A DNA stretch of 64,000 nucleotides from Dudresnaya verticillata (GCA_977862235.1 OZ374559.1:1550001-1614000), one strand, 5' to 3'; counted from the first letter of the stretch, positions 1 to 12,665 are shown. The notes: a model not told the origin generated them from the sequence alone. Translations and numbers: made by a program.

Positions 1-925
1 GCGTGGTCCGCTGCGATGCGTTCGGCCAAGCCGCTTCTGTCGATAAACAGCGTGCGCTTGTCGTTAAGCAGCACGCAGTACGGCCCTATCGCTGGGCTCT
101 GGAGCTTATTGGGTTTCTTAACCCCGTCGCTCGCGTCGATGAATACGTAGTCTCCAGCTCGAATGCGGGAGTTGACTTTTGTGACACGCTTGTCGAAGTC
201 TTTCTTGTAACGCCGCTGCGTTTTGTCGAGAGCGCTCGATGCGCTTGCGAAGGCGGCGTCGAGCCGCTTAAGGAAGTCCGCGAGCACGTCCTCACTAGGT
301 TTCGGTCTGGCCGCTGCCTTATGAAACTTAGTGAACTCCGGCGGCGGCCGGGACAGCACGAGGCTGAAGGGTGTCGTCCGCGTCGTGCGATGGACATGGA
401 AGTTGTAGGAATACGTCAACACCGCTGCGTATCGATCCCAGTCGTCCTGGTGATCGTTGATGTAATTCCTCAACATGGCCATGACGGTCCGGTTGTAGCG
501 CTCAACCTGACCGTTCGCCTGCGGGTGGTAGGTGGACGTGAACACGTTGTTCAGTCCGAGGTAGCGGCACACTGCCTGGAAGAACTGAGAGGTGAATTGC
601 TTCCCGTTGTCGGACAACAGAGACCTCGGTGGTCCGTAGTGGAAGATCCACCTCTCACAGAACTTCACTGCGACGTAGTACGCTGTGATGGTGCGCAGCT
701 GCGCTACTTGAGTCAGCTTCGTGAATCGGTCCGTCATGACGAGCAGGAATCGCTTTCCTGACTTCTTGTTGGGCAGCGGCCCTAGGATATCGATCGCGAG
801 CGACTCGAGCGGCCTCGTGGCCGGGAACAAATTCAACAGTTGAAGGACCTCCGCAAGCTTATGCGGTTCCTGGCACAGTGCAGACAGTTCCGAACTGTCA
901 TGGCTATGTCCGTTGACATATGTGG
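1..925 (-). pseudogene. Integrase core of gypsy element A (disrupted, runs off the window)
   Basis: Minus-strand translation gives AIDILGPLP, VMTDRFTKL, LLSDNGKQF and STYHPQANGQVERYNRT (DDE core). A stop and a frameshift separate it from the upstream pol ORF. Confidence 0.9.
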
Positions 926-3077
926 CTAGTAGTAGCTCTCGCGGAGCGTGTAGAATATCCTGTTCTGGCCAGGGTAGCCAGCCAGGAGGGAGTGGTGAGC
1001 GAGCGTGAGAAGCCGCGGCTGTAGCGCTTCGGGCACCATTATTTGCTCCAACGAGGAGATGACGGGGTGACGCCGGCACAAGATCCCGTCCTCGTCCTCG
1101 AAGAAGTGGCTATCCCGTCGACGGGACTGCCGTGCGAACACTGTTTGGCAAAAGGAATCGCGCCACTTCGCATCCAACAATTCCTCGACGGTTATTGGTG
1201 AAGGGAGCTTCACCGGTTCGACCCGGGTGAGGTCCGTCGGCTCTTGGCTCGCGTCGATGCGGCCGAGGTCGAATAGGTCGACGTCGTCGCAGTCGTCCCA
1301 GGCTTCGTCGTCGGCAAGCCCCGGTGGCTCGCCGCTGTCCGAGGGCTCCTTGGATTCGCTGGCATTGCCGCCCACTGCAGCCGGTCGATCCGGCGCCTTC
1401 CGCTTCGAAGCGTTGGCTTGGGACCGCGTGGTCAGCAAGACCGGCTGTGCCTTCGGTTCGGTACTCGAGGCACCCTCCTTCTGCCGGTCGACCACCGGGG
1501 GGTCATAGGTAGGGACGTCGTCGTCAACCTCCTCTTGCTGCCGTCGAGGCCTCAACAGGCGGGACAGCGCGTCCGGCACCTGGTGTACCCTACCCGGGCG
1601 GTACTCGATCTGGAAGTCGAATTCCGCGAGTCGTAACCGCCAGCGGGTAAGGCGACCGGACGAGTCGTTCAAGTACATGAGCCAGCGCAAGGCGTCATGG
1701 TCGGTTCGTACCGTGAACCGGGTCCCTTCAATGTTGGGACGCAGGGTTGTGATCGACCACACCACTGCAAAGCACTCGCGCTCCGTGGCCGAGTAGTTTC
1801 GCTCTGCTGAGCTTAGTGAGTAAGACCAGTACCCAACGGGGTGTAACTGGCCGTCCTCTTGCTCCTGGAGCAGGGCGCATCCGAGCTGGTACGCCGATGC
1901 GTCCGTGTTGAGGACGTACGGTTTGCCTTCGCGAGGGAGCCGTAGGATAGGAGGCGATAAGAGTGTCGCTCGCAGCGTCTCGAATGCCTCTAGCGCCGCT
2001 GCGCTTGGATTATCGAAATCCACATCCGCATCCTTGCGGGTCATATCCGTCAGCGGACTAGCGATCTTCGCGAAGTTCCTGAAGAAGCGGCGGTAAACGT
2101 TACACTCCCCGAGGGACGACCTCACCTTCGTTAGGGAGGTCGGGAACTGCGCATGGCGGAACGCGTCGATGCTTGTCTTCGACATGCGTAGTTTCCCCGG
2201 CTCGATCACGTGACTGAGGTAGTCCACGCGGGACTGGAAGAAGTGGCACTTCTTCAGCTTCAGGGACACGCCGCCCTTGCGAAGCAGAGTCAGCACGCGG
2301 TCTAGGTGACCGACGTGCTCCGCGATCGACCGCGAGAATATGATCACATCATCGAGATAGATCAAACAACACTGCCATCTAACTCCGCTGAGTATGATGT
2401 CCAGTGCACGCTGGAAAGTCGCAGGGGCGTTCTTCAGTCCGAAGGGCATCCGCAGGTAGCGGAACGTCCTAGGAACGTCGTGAATGTGGTCTTATCCCTG
2501 TCAGCCGCTGCGACAGGGATTTGCCAGTACCCCGCGTTACAATCCAGCGTGGAGAAAATGGCAGCGTCGCCAAGACTGTCGATACAGTCATCCATGCGTG
2601 GGAGTGGGTACGCATCGCTCAGGGTTTTGGTGTTGAGACGTCGATAGTCCACACAAAACCTGATGTGCCATCCTTCTTGGGCGCCAGAACGACTGGCGAT
2701 GCCCACTCCGACGTGGCGGGTTCGATTACCCCTGCACGCAGCATGGTCTCGACCTCGTTCTGTACGAGCTTCCGCATAGCGGGGCCCTGTCGATAGGGCA
2801 TTGAGCGAATCGGCCGCGTGCGGGGTTCCACGTCGATGTGGTGTTGCGTAGCGGCAATCGTGCCTAGCCTCCCGTACCACATGGACTGATGCTTCCGAAG
2901 CATGGCGAGGACTTCTTCGCGGGTGACCTTGTCTTCGATAGACGAAAGGTCCACCTGCGACTCCCAGTCCTCGACGGACTGTCTTTTCTCCGCCGCTGCG
3001 GTTGCTGCCCCCTGGAGATTTGTGGGCTCGGGGCCCCTCGCCATCGACGGCGTGACTGGGGGGGTCATTGCTCCCAT
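926..3077 (-). pseudogene. Reverse transcriptase / RNase H / integrase Zn-finger region of element A (frameshifted)
   Basis: ORFs 2619..3077, 2434..3303 and 926..2449 carry SEWASPVVL, FCVDYRRLN, YPLPRMDD, MPFGLKNAPATFQR, YLDD, TDASAYQLG and TDHDAL in different frames. Confidence 0.93.
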
Positions 3078-4242
3078 TACCGCGGGGCCGCTGCCCTTTG
3101 TGGGGAAGGGTGGTGATATTCATCACCCTCCCGAACTCTTCCGCGACGTCGCGGTCCGGGGTTATTAGGGCGACTGGGTTGCGGACCGCATAGACAGCCA
3201 CGGTACCCTTCGGTAGGGTCCGGGCTTTGTCGTTCCAGTTGCCCAAGATAACCACGAAGGGTCGCCCCGACTCGATGTCGTGCACCCCGTTGGTCAGTCT
3301 CACGCCGTGGCGGAACTACAACGAGGTTTTGGGCTCCGTGTGGATTAACCCACTAGCCCCCGACGTCACCGAGACGAGCATCTGTGAGTAGGCTGGGACA
3401 ACCACCTGCCTAGCGAGGCGTATGGTGTGGGTATCGTGATCCCAGTCGAGGAGCTCCCGCTGGTGCTTCTTCGACAAACCCTTCAATGGGTTCTTCGGCT
3501 ACGTTGCCGGACCGGTTCCCTCGATAGGGTTCCTGCGGCTGAGCATGGGCACCGAGCCTCCTTTCCTCAGCGTCAGCCTTCTCGACTCGACGTCGATTCC
3601 GCTCACGTGCGCGTTGATAAACTGCGTGCCTATAAGTACGTCGACCGCGAGCGTGTCGGCGACGATGAAAGGCACGCGGAACGTCGTGTTACCCAACCTC
3701 ATCGAGAGGTGGACGACGCCGGACAGCCTCAGCGGAGTCTTGTCGGCGCCTGCCAGGGGTGGCGCGGAGTCGATCTCTGATGCGTTTTCCTCCCAGCCTG
3801 CGGGCAGGGCACCTCGAGCGATGAGATTGTACCCGGAGCCGGTGTCCACCGCGATGGTGTGGGGTATCATAACCCGCGGGTCCGCAACGAGGGACCCGGA
3901 CACTCGGTAAATCTCGGAGGACAGGAGGCACACGTACCCATCGGGGGTAGTGGCCGGCTCTGCGTCGATGCAGGGAGCCCCGGTGCCCTCGCGTCGAGCG
4001 TCGGGTACCGCCTGTCCCGCCGTCGGGAAGCTGCGCCCTTTCCGCCTGGCCTGTCGCTTGCGTCGACACCGCGGCGGCCAGGGTGGTTTGGTACGCGTCG
4101 CCCGCGACGTCCCGTCGACCGGGACGCCGCTAGTGTCCTTTGAAGCACCGCTGCGCTCGACGTGGTTCGCTGCCCCCAACGCCGTCAAAGGTGAAAGGGA
4201 CGGTGGGTCTGGTGTTGGACAAGACGGTGCGCGCGACTGCAC
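3078..4242 (-). pseudogene. Aspartic protease and following pol linker of element A
   Basis: VDTGSGYNLI catalytic motif and VDVLIGTQFI in ORF 3499..4242. Confidence 0.85.
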
Positions 4243-4256
4243 GAGCGGCGCCGCCT

Positions 4257-6697
4257 TTATTCTTTTTCCGGATCGACCCGGTCAGAATTATCCTCGGAAT
4301 CCGAACTTTCGTGCTCGATTCCGATTGGGTGTTTCGTAACCCCTGGGGCGCCTCGCGTCGATCGTGGAGGCTTGTCAAAAAGGAGAGGGGAATTGCTTCC
4401 CTGCCCTCTGGCTGTCTCTCCCTTGTGCCACAGTACCGCGCGTCGAGCGCTTGCGGAAGCCACTCGTCGGCGGTGAGACCGGTGTGCTCCTGCACAGTCA
4501 TAACTGCTCGGAGCAGTTCGCGGCGCGGGTCGGCCCTCGGAGGCGTCGATGCCTGAGGTTGACGGCCAGCGGGCTCGTCGAAGCCGACCCGCTTATCGCG
4601 CAACAGGAACCGCGGTGCGTCGCCTTGGTGGTACTCGCGGCGTGGGTCTCGACGATCCCCGCGGTATCCCTGCGGCTCTCCGCGGTACCTTGGGGCGCCC
4701 ATGCGCTGCGGGGACCTCTCGCGTCGAAGCGTCGGTCCCCACCCCGCGGCGCATCGTAGCGCCGAGTGGGGTTCCTTGTCATGGCGCCTGCTGGCGCGCG
4801 CTCGTCGATGAGCTGTTGGAGCATATTGCGCGAATGCGGCTGCGTTTCCATTCGATGGTTGCAGTTCGCATACGCGCAGTACGTCTGCTGTTCCTTCGTG
4901 AGGTACGGGCAAGAATACATGATGTGCTCGACCTCGCGGCAGAACCAGCAGATGTACCATCCCTGTCGATCAGGGATGACTGCGCGTGCCATCGCCTCCT
5001 GCGTTGGAATGAGTGGTGTTATGCGCTTGGGTAGGACCGAGTCGATGCGTCCTGTAATGTCGAGGGTCTCGACGGCCTCGGTCGACCCGGCTGTCGATAG
5101 CGCGGGCGCGACCATCACGGGTTCAAACCCGTCGGCGTCGGGGTCCATCAGCATTGTGCTGTCGATAGCAACGTCCCCGCTGGGATATCTTAGTGGGCCC
5201 TCGATGAGCAGTGTACGGCCGCTTGCCGAGCTGCCACCTGACCTGCCGCGCACCGAGGTGTTCGTAGGCTGCGCTGCCTTTCCCGAACGGGCGCGCGGTG
5301 GGTTGCTCCCTCGCTATGGGCGATCCGACGAACGGTACTAAAATTGGTCTGTTCGACCATAGGCAGCTGCCTGACCTTCTCCGTCACTGCGGTCTTGTCG
5401 TGGGCAGCAGGCCCCTAAGGAACTGATGCGTCAAGTTCTCATCGGAGTACACGCCAGCGCAGGCGTCCGCATACCCTTCGAGGCGAGTAGCGAACTCAAG
5501 CTCGGACTCGGCGTCCCTCTGCTTGGCGGTGGTCAGCCGGTCATGGGCATCTGCGATGACGTCGTCCGTGACGAACCTCTCGACGAGGGTATTAACCACC
5601 GAGGCCCAGCAGGGTGGGGTGCCGCGCTGCGTTGTGCGAACCCCAGAGAACAGGTGAAGTACACCTGCGACGCGGTTCCATCGAGGAACCAGGACACCAC
5701 ACGCGCCGCTGCGCCTTCGGATAGTCCAACGCCATTGAATGCTTGGCGTAGCTGTCGAAGCACACCAAGCAGGCGAATGGGCTCCTTGCCGTCGAACCGG
5801 TCGAGCCGGGGCATCAGGGCCTTCATGCGGCTGACAATCTTCGCAGTGTTGCCGCTGCACACCTGCTGTTGATTGTCCCGCTGATCTACGTCATCGAGAC
5901 GGTACGAGCGGTAGTCGATCGCCTTAGCGAACTCTGGCACCAACGTGGTTAAAGGCTCGATGCCTGCCATGAGTGGGCCCCAATGCCAATAGGCAGAGAC
6001 GGGGCCCTCGTGCTGTCGGGGGGTCGGTCCCCCCTTTGTGTTTTGCCCGTCGAGGGCTTGTTGGAGCAACCTGGGGTCGACCCCGTAGAACGGATTGGGG
6101 TCCCCACTCGGATGGTGCGACCCCGCCGCACTCCTCGGTGGAGATGGCGGTGGTGAAGGAAAGCGATGCCGAGCGATGCCGAGCTCGTTGCTCGGCAAGT
6201 ATGGCAGCGGCCAATTCTTGAACTGCACCCGCTGGTGACTGCGGTCGCGGAGGAGAGCGCTGCGCCGAAGACGGGCCTGTAGCCCGCTGGCGTTGCCGCG
6301 TCGGCGCGCGCTCTATCAACTCAACGCGGCGGCATAGCTCATCGAGGAGCCCCTGTGACCGGGTTATTCCGTCCTCGATGGACGCCAAAGGACCGCGTCG
6401 AAGCGTGTCCAGGTCTTGCTGGCCGTCGGCCTTCGCCGCAGCTATCGAAGCTGTAAGGTGGTCGTACACCTCGGCTAGCGAGTCCATGGTCTCCTCATAC
6501 AGCAGCTGGAGGTCGGCCACCGAGACCAGACTCCCGGCGAGGGCCTTTTGCAGCGCGGCCCTCCGCTCGAGCCTCACATCGTGTAGAGGAGTACCTGAGA
6601 CGCCGATGGTACTCAGTATTGAGGTGCGACGCGTCGCGTCTTCAACGTTTCCGGCAGCGGCCGATGCGGCAGCGGCCGGGTCAGGAGGACTCGACAT
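4257..6697 (-). pseudogene. gag of element A (frameshifted)
   Basis: Fragmented ORFs with IDYRSYRL, FDGKEPI, FLRGLLP and the zinc knuckle CWFCREVEHIMYSC. Motifs parallel the element B gag (LSYRRYRL, FDGSDPV, FIRGLLP). Confidence 0.85.
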
Positions 6698-6745
6698 CCT
6701 TTACTTCGATCGCGTCGATGCGAGAAGTACTTGGGTCTCGACGAC

Positions 6746-6763
6746 TTCTAGGTCAGGAGACCA
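6746..6763 (-). promoter_or_regulatory. Primer-binding site of element A (probably tRNA-Tyr)
   Basis: Minus strand TGGTCTCCTGACCTAGAA, 1 nt inside the LTR end. Complementary to a tRNA 3' end ...GGAG-A-CCA (G72/A73, the eukaryotic Tyr identity). Confidence 0.75.
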
Positions 6764-6764
6764 G

Positions 6765-7536
6765 TGTAGTATAGACGTCGGGTCGATCCGACGTCTGATA
6801 CTTGCTGGTCCGAAGCCGCCACACAGACCCGTCGATGAGTAGCTGTTGGGGTTGGTAGAGCGGTGTCGGCCGGTTGCGCCCCGCAGGTGCGGATCGACGG
6901 CGTCGATGCCGGAGCGCGCACGGGGCGGACCGTACGCGGGTAGGCAGCGGCCGGATCCCAGCGTCCCTGTCGAAGGGCGGCACGAAGCCGACGGAAAGGA
7001 AAAGGAAAGGGGAAAGCCTAGCGAGGCAAGGGGGAAAAGGGAAACCGCCCGCTGGCGTAAGGCAAAGGGATCGAACCCGAAAAGGCTGGGGGCAAGCTTC
7101 AGCGCGAGCTGTTGCTTGCCCGGTTTACTGAGCTGTCGATGGCCGACGGTCTTAAATACCCTACACTATGTGCACTACGACTACTTCTACAGTAGGTGCG
7201 CCCCACAACAAACGCGGGAGGTGTGCGAGCGCGCGCCCATACACGTGTCGACACGTCCGGGTAACGGTTACCCGTGGGCGCGCGCGGGGCGTAACGGGCG
7301 GCGGCCCTCTCAACGGCTCGATGCCGGAGAGCGTCACAGGGGCGCGCCGTGTGCGGCACGGCGCGCGGCCGCTGCCGGCAGCAATGCGGTCGACCGCTAC
7401 TAATTCAACGAAAAAACTAAGGGCACGCTGCCCAACCACGACTCGCCAGCGGGCGTCATCGTGTGCACCATTACAGTGCAGGGCTGCCAGCATACCTTAC
7501 AGTCGCTGCTGGTAGGGTGCTGACAGCTATACTACA
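6765..7536 (-). repeat. 5' LTR of element A (772 bp)
   Basis: Bounded by the perfect 10-bp inverted termini TGTAGTATAG...CTATACTACA and adjacent to the PBS. Contains a TATA-like GGTATTTAAG and an AGTAAA on the minus strand. Confidence 0.88.
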
Positions 7537-8460
7537 GTAAGCCCCGGGACACCGCTGCGAGACAACGTGAGCTCGAAGCAATCTCCCCGCCGCCACTCGG
7601 ATGGCTCCACGCGCGCTCCTTGTGGTGCAAGGGGGGTGAGCCCCTTTTTCCGCTCAGAGCGTGCCATAAGACGTCTACCGACGGGCATCGCAACCGCCGC
7701 TGGAGCGCGCGACCACGTCACGGACGGCCGGCTCAACGGCGTACGGACGCCACAACCGCCGCCGGGCATGGCGGCTCACGCACTGTACGCCCGCGCGGCA
7801 CGCATCCAGATCGCCCATCGGGATCCGGGAGGTGTAAGGCGGGTACCTGTAATGAAGGCCCGGATCCGGATGGGATCTGGATCGGACATCGGGATCAGAT
7901 CGGGATCCGCTACAATGTTAGGCGTGCGCCTGTAAGGCACGCCCACGCGCCAGCAATGCTGGCAGGGATCGGGATCCGAATCCGGATCACCTCTACCAAG
8001 GCGCGCGCACGCCTGTAAGCCATTTCTTACCCGCGGCTGCATGGCGACGACGACTTGTCAGACGCACCGGGGCGCGACACGCGTCCCGAGCGCCACGCAG
8101 TGCCGCTGCAGCCCGCGTCATAGCGATGGTATATTAGGTAACCCGTCTGGGACGTTGAGTAAATCCCGGCAAGCCGGCCTCGGACCTGAAGCCCCTTCGC
8201 TAGTGCGTACTTCCGAAGGCAACTGCGCAGCTCCGCCCGCGCTTCCGCGTCCGCCTACGTCCTTGACACGTCTTTCTCCCTTTCTCTCTCTCCTTTCTTC
8301 CTTTCTCTTTCCTTTCTGTGGCTTTGTCCCATTCTTACCGCCCAGGGCGTTTACAGTCCGCCCTCGGCGTGTTATCTACGCTCTACCACACCCTCGCTAC
8401 TAGCACGCTATCCCCGGGTCCGAACTGCCCGGAGGTGCTACTCGTCCAAGACGGATTGCA
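7537..8460 (+). repeat. Old LTR-like repeat, copy 1; diverged homologue of ~21950-23050; boundaries approximate
   Basis: Shares colinear blocks with copy 2: TGTGGTGCAAGGGG..GAGCCC, a GGATCC-rich tract, CGCGGCTGCATG, TTAGGTAA.CCGTC..AGTAAA and GGGCGT.TACAGTCCGCCC. Confidence 0.6.
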
Positions 8461-8764
8461 CCACACTACTCCGAGGGAGACCGAGCCACGCCAATTCGTG
8501 ATTCTTAACCAGCGAACGGGACGTTCGCTCCTGAGGACGGGGCCGTGTGGTACAGACGCTGCGCGCGAAACGAAGCCGTGGTCTACGTGAAAACAATCGA
8601 GAAATACGAATTTGGAAGTGACTCCATGAATGCGCACGCCACGATGCCAAACGTATTACAGTGCGCATGCTGTGTGCGCGCCACGATGGCATTCGCATTA
8701 CAGCACGCACGCGATACGAAATCGCTGACACCCCCGGCCGAATTTCACGCCAATTCGTGATTGC

Positions 8765-9575
8765 TGTAGCAGTATGGCACCGGCCAGAAACAGCAAAGAA
8801 CAAGAAAAGACAGCTGTCCGATATCACACGCTAATTGGTGGTAGCTCGAAGGAGGTTTGGTAGAGGCTTGGAAAGAGGCGGGCCCTGATGACCCGAAAGG
8901 GGGGGTGCGGAAGCACGGTAAAGACTCGGCGCGACCGACTGAAGGAAGATATAGAGGTTGCGACCCGGTATTTCGTAGAGTACTTGTCGTACGATGTCCG
9001 GGCCTGTACTGGGCGACCCCTGCAGGCGCGGAGCGTCCGAGCGACCAAAAGGTGGAAACTTCCCGAACAACTCCGCTGAGTGTTTATTCTGAGGGCGCCG
9101 GCTATTCCGGCGCCCATAAGTAGGGCTTGACAGCCGAAAAGTCTATCAGCCCGAAAGGGGGTCTAAGTTAGTCTATGATTATAGATACAAGGTTAGTACA
9201 GTCAGTACAAGTCAAAAGTGGGAATGCATTCCAGTTAGGGGACTTGGTGGCGGATACGCCGGTGCGCAAGCCGAGGTCCCGGCTGCACTGTCGATACCCT
9301 GAGCGCAGAGGTGCTCCTCGTCCGTGAGTAGGAGCGCAGCGGCGCGTCATAAATCAACCAATACGAGGCGTCCAACTGGCTTCGTTACAATGCCACGTGT
9401 ATGTCACGTGTACAGCTGTAAGTCCACGTGTACAGCTGTAAGTCCACGTGTATTCCACGTGTCATCCACGTGTACAGCGGTGAAAGGACAGCTGTCCTGA
9501 TTAAGGGACAGTCTGTCCCGCCAAAAGGAAGGCACTCCTGTAAGCCCTCCTTCTGACAGCGTCCATACTGCCACA
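8765..9575 (-). repeat. 3' LTR of element B
   Basis: TGTAGCAGTATGG...CCATACTGCCACA. Near-identical to 20805-21616 and adjoins the PPT. Confidence 0.95.
9394..9472. promoter_or_regulatory. Array of six CACGTG (G-box/E-box) motifs in LTR U3; five in the other LTR at ~21446-21513
   Basis: Counted directly. Interleaved with CAGCTG E-boxes inside a 20-bp tandem unit. Confidence 0.6.
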
Positions 9576-9578
9576 CAG

Positions 9579-9587
9579 CCCCCCTCT
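9579..9587 (-). promoter_or_regulatory. Polypurine tract of element B
   Basis: Minus strand AGAGGGGGG, a few nt before the TG start of the 3' LTR. Confidence 0.8.
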
Positions 9588-9851
9588 GAAGACCGAAGCG
9601 GCCCGCGAGGCTATGATTGGCGGTTTCTGAATCTTAAATCTCCTTCGTGAGCAGTTGAGCGCCCAACGGCTGTGTGTGTAGCGCGCCCTGTGGGGGACTA
9701 AGTCGGGCCAGCGGCTGTGTAGGCCCGGGTTACATACGTGTCATCGCGGGCCATCACCTCAGTGTTCGGGCACGCCCGTCTCGACGTCGGCGGCTCGTGA
9801 GCGTTGCGGCTCACGAGTTTGCATGAGCCAATTTTGGCGCGGCCGCGCGGC

Positions 9852-9858
9852 TATATAA
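9852..9858 (+). promoter_or_regulatory. TATA box upstream of the antisense accessory ORF
   Basis: GGC-TATATAA-GC in GC-rich context, followed by a pyrimidine-rich leader, ~480 nt before ATG 10335. Confidence 0.6.
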
Positions 9859-10334
9859 GCAGAGGGTTGCAACCCGATTACGACTTCTCACGTCGCGGCA
9901 TCGACAGCCCGCATCAGCTCCACGTTCCCCAACCCGAGTCACTGCGCTACGCCCGTCAGCTTCCGTCTTCTCTCTCTCTCTTCCCTCATCACCCAGCCAC
10001 TGCTTTCTCAGCGCGCGCGCTCTCCTTCGGCATCACCGGCCGCGGCGCGCCCGTCAGGCAACTCCGTGCGGCTCCAACTTGACGTGGGTTTCGTGCTGCT
10101 GCACCACTTCGGCGTCCACTTGCTCTTCACGCTGCAGCGCGTCGTTGTCCTGTGGACCGCTGTCGGCGTTGGGCTCAACCTCAGGTAGAAGACTTTCAAG
10201 TTTCAAGTTTCAGGTAGAAGACCTCAATACTCAAGTGGAACATCTCACGGAGAAGGTAACTCAGGCAGAAGGCCGCAACTTCAGGAAGAAGATCAACAAC
10301 GCGGCGCTCCGCTTCGTGACAACCTTCGGCCAGC

Positions 10335-12665
10335 ATGGCGACGCCACCCAACCTTCCTTACGGGCAGGCGGGCTCTAGCTCCGCCGAGCTCGGGTTTGGG
10401 GTTGATGCGGCAGGCGTGCCTTTGTCTATTACCAAGAGCCGCGACTGGCTTCTCCGGACGGACCTCACCCATATTCGGGCCACCGCCGGTGCGCGTCGTG
10501 AGGACATTCGCCGTTATGGCCGTCATCGTGCTCAAGCCCGCTCGTGGGAGTTCCTCATTCGTGAGCGGATTGGCATCCTGCGAGGGACCAATATCGCGCT
10601 TCCGCCGCTTCCAACCAACCACGAGTGGGACCTCGCGATGGTGTGCTTCCTCTTCGAGCAACGTTACGTGGAGCACCACTCGCAAGCCTTCATGGAGTTC
10701 ATGCCGGAGCTAATCGAGTTCCACGCGAAGGGAGGCTACAGCCTGGAGCTGGTCGCTTTTGAAAGGCCACTCATCCGCCCCGGTCGGGATAACTATCCAT
10801 TCACGATGGCGCGCATTACGCGGTGGGACGAGACGTCCAACTTCAAGTACGCGTTGGATAACCAGCAGACAGCGATGTCTCGCGAACTCCTTCGCTTCGA
10901 GCGTCGCCATCGTCATCGGACCGGTTGCTTCGTGCCGTCACACTGTCAAGAAGTGGTGGCCATCAAGCCCGAGTTCTACACGGGGAAGTACGTCCCAATT
11001 CCCACGGATCATCGTGAGTACGAGGTTTCCTACTCTATGCCGGTCGGCACACCCCCAGTCGTGGCGTATAGAGGCCTTGATATGATGCACGAAAGCTATC
11101 ATCATGGCCTCTTGTGGATGATCTTCCGTAACGAATGGGTGGTGATGGTGGCGCAGACCTTCATGTATGAAGCCCGTCGGGGGTACTTGTATTACATCAA
11201 CGCACGTCTGCGCACCGAGATCCGGGGACTTGGGATTGGCTTACTCACCACGACTGCTGTCGATGCTACGGACTTGGAGGCGCTCCTCGTGTTTGTCGAA
11301 CGCATTCGTTGGAGTCGTGTGAGCAAGCGCAACCGCTATCTGCCGGAGAACACCGGGTTTGTGACGCCGGTGTACGACCGTGGTGATTGGGTCGACTTCG
11401 ACCCGGTGCAGTGGCACCCTCTCCTACCGGAGTATCTGCTGCAGCCGCAACCCGCCGAAGGTGAAACACTTCTCGTTGACATCGGCGAGCGCATGACTGG
11501 TTACACCAAAGACTGGCAAAGTGCTTCCGGCGAGGCTCCCGCGACACCTGCTGACGTGCCGCCGATGGACACTACTGTGTCGGGGCAGCCCCAGGGTCCG
11601 TACGCACCCAGAGTGCGAAACGTCGCAAGAGCCGATGCCGCAATTCGGGACTTGTTCAACCGTCGAGGTCTTGCCATCCGCCTGGCTGTCCATTGGGAGG
11701 TGACCCATCTGACTCTCCACAGTCTCGCGGATTGGGTCGAAGACGTCCTTTGCGACTACGAGTCGAACTGGGTGAGCTCACCGGGGCCCATCGAGGCGTT
11801 GAAGGCGTCGTTGGCCGTGCTTCCGCCTATCGGGCAACAGGCCGTGGTGGAGTCGGAGCAAGCTCAGGAAGCCCCGACGAGTGTCGTGGCACCAGGCCCT
11901 TCGGCAGCGGCGAGCGCGCCGAGTATATCGGGTTCAGCAGTGGCTGGTCCTTCAGCAGCGGCGAGCGCGCCGAGCGCTTCAGCTTCCGCTTCCGTCTCAA
12001 GAGACCCGTGACTTCAGAGCCGTTCCCGTTTGGGCTTGGGTCATCAAGGCCGTCGCGCTGTTTTTCTGCCAAGTGCGGGGGCTCCCGTGGCACCAGCCGG
12101 TGGTGGGCAGGGCGCGGATCCGCGCGAAGGCACGCTTTCCAATACGTCAGCTGTTCCTCGCGAGAGTTCTCCCGTCGCTACCTCGCGTCCACCGACCAAT
12201 GTTCCAGCCCCTGCAGCTTCTCAGCTGGCAGTAGGGGTCGTTGATGAGAGCGCTCCGACTTCTTCACCCATGGAGGTAACGGTGGACCTACCCGTGCCAG
12301 AAGTGCCTGCGGGCCATGCTTTACAGCTCGAGGTGACCCTTCCTACTAGCGCCGTCGAGGCTCCTCCGGCGGCGGCTGAGCCGCAAGAGGTTATCGTGAA
12401 GACGGAGCTGCTGCTCAAGGAGGAGCTTGAGGAAGAGGAAATGGGTGTCCAGGAGGTTGACGCGCCGTCTGGCGAGGGAGGTGTTGGGCCTAGCGAGGCG
12501 GGAGGTGAGGTTCCGGCGCGGGGAGTCGGGGCTCGGCGCGGCCGCGGTCGTCGCATCGTGCGCGAGGTCCGTCGCGTGACCATGATGCCAGGGCAAGGCC
12601 CTGTTGCGAACCCACCGTTGCGCCCGAACGAGGTCATCGACCTGATGGACTCTGACTCGGACTGA
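10335..12665 (+). CDS. Antisense accessory ORF of element B, function unknown: 558 aa to an in-frame TGA at 12009-12011, 776 codons if read through
   Basis: ORFs 10335..12011 and 12030..12665 are in the same frame, separated by one TGA. The N-terminal ~480 aa are aromatic-rich and look globular. The tail is A/S/P/E-rich and ends NEVIDLMDSDSD. Confidence 0.8.

Larger units (their letters stand above)
1..7536 (-). mobile_element. Ty3/gypsy LTR retrotransposon A, decayed; 3' part lies beyond the left window edge
   Basis: On the minus strand the order is LTR - PBS - gag (CCHC) - protease - RT - RNase H - integrase, the gypsy order. Many frameshifts and stops. Confidence 0.95.

Noticed and set aside
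10335..12665. Accessory ORF as an env gene
   Set aside because: It is antisense, with no signal peptide or evident transmembrane helix.
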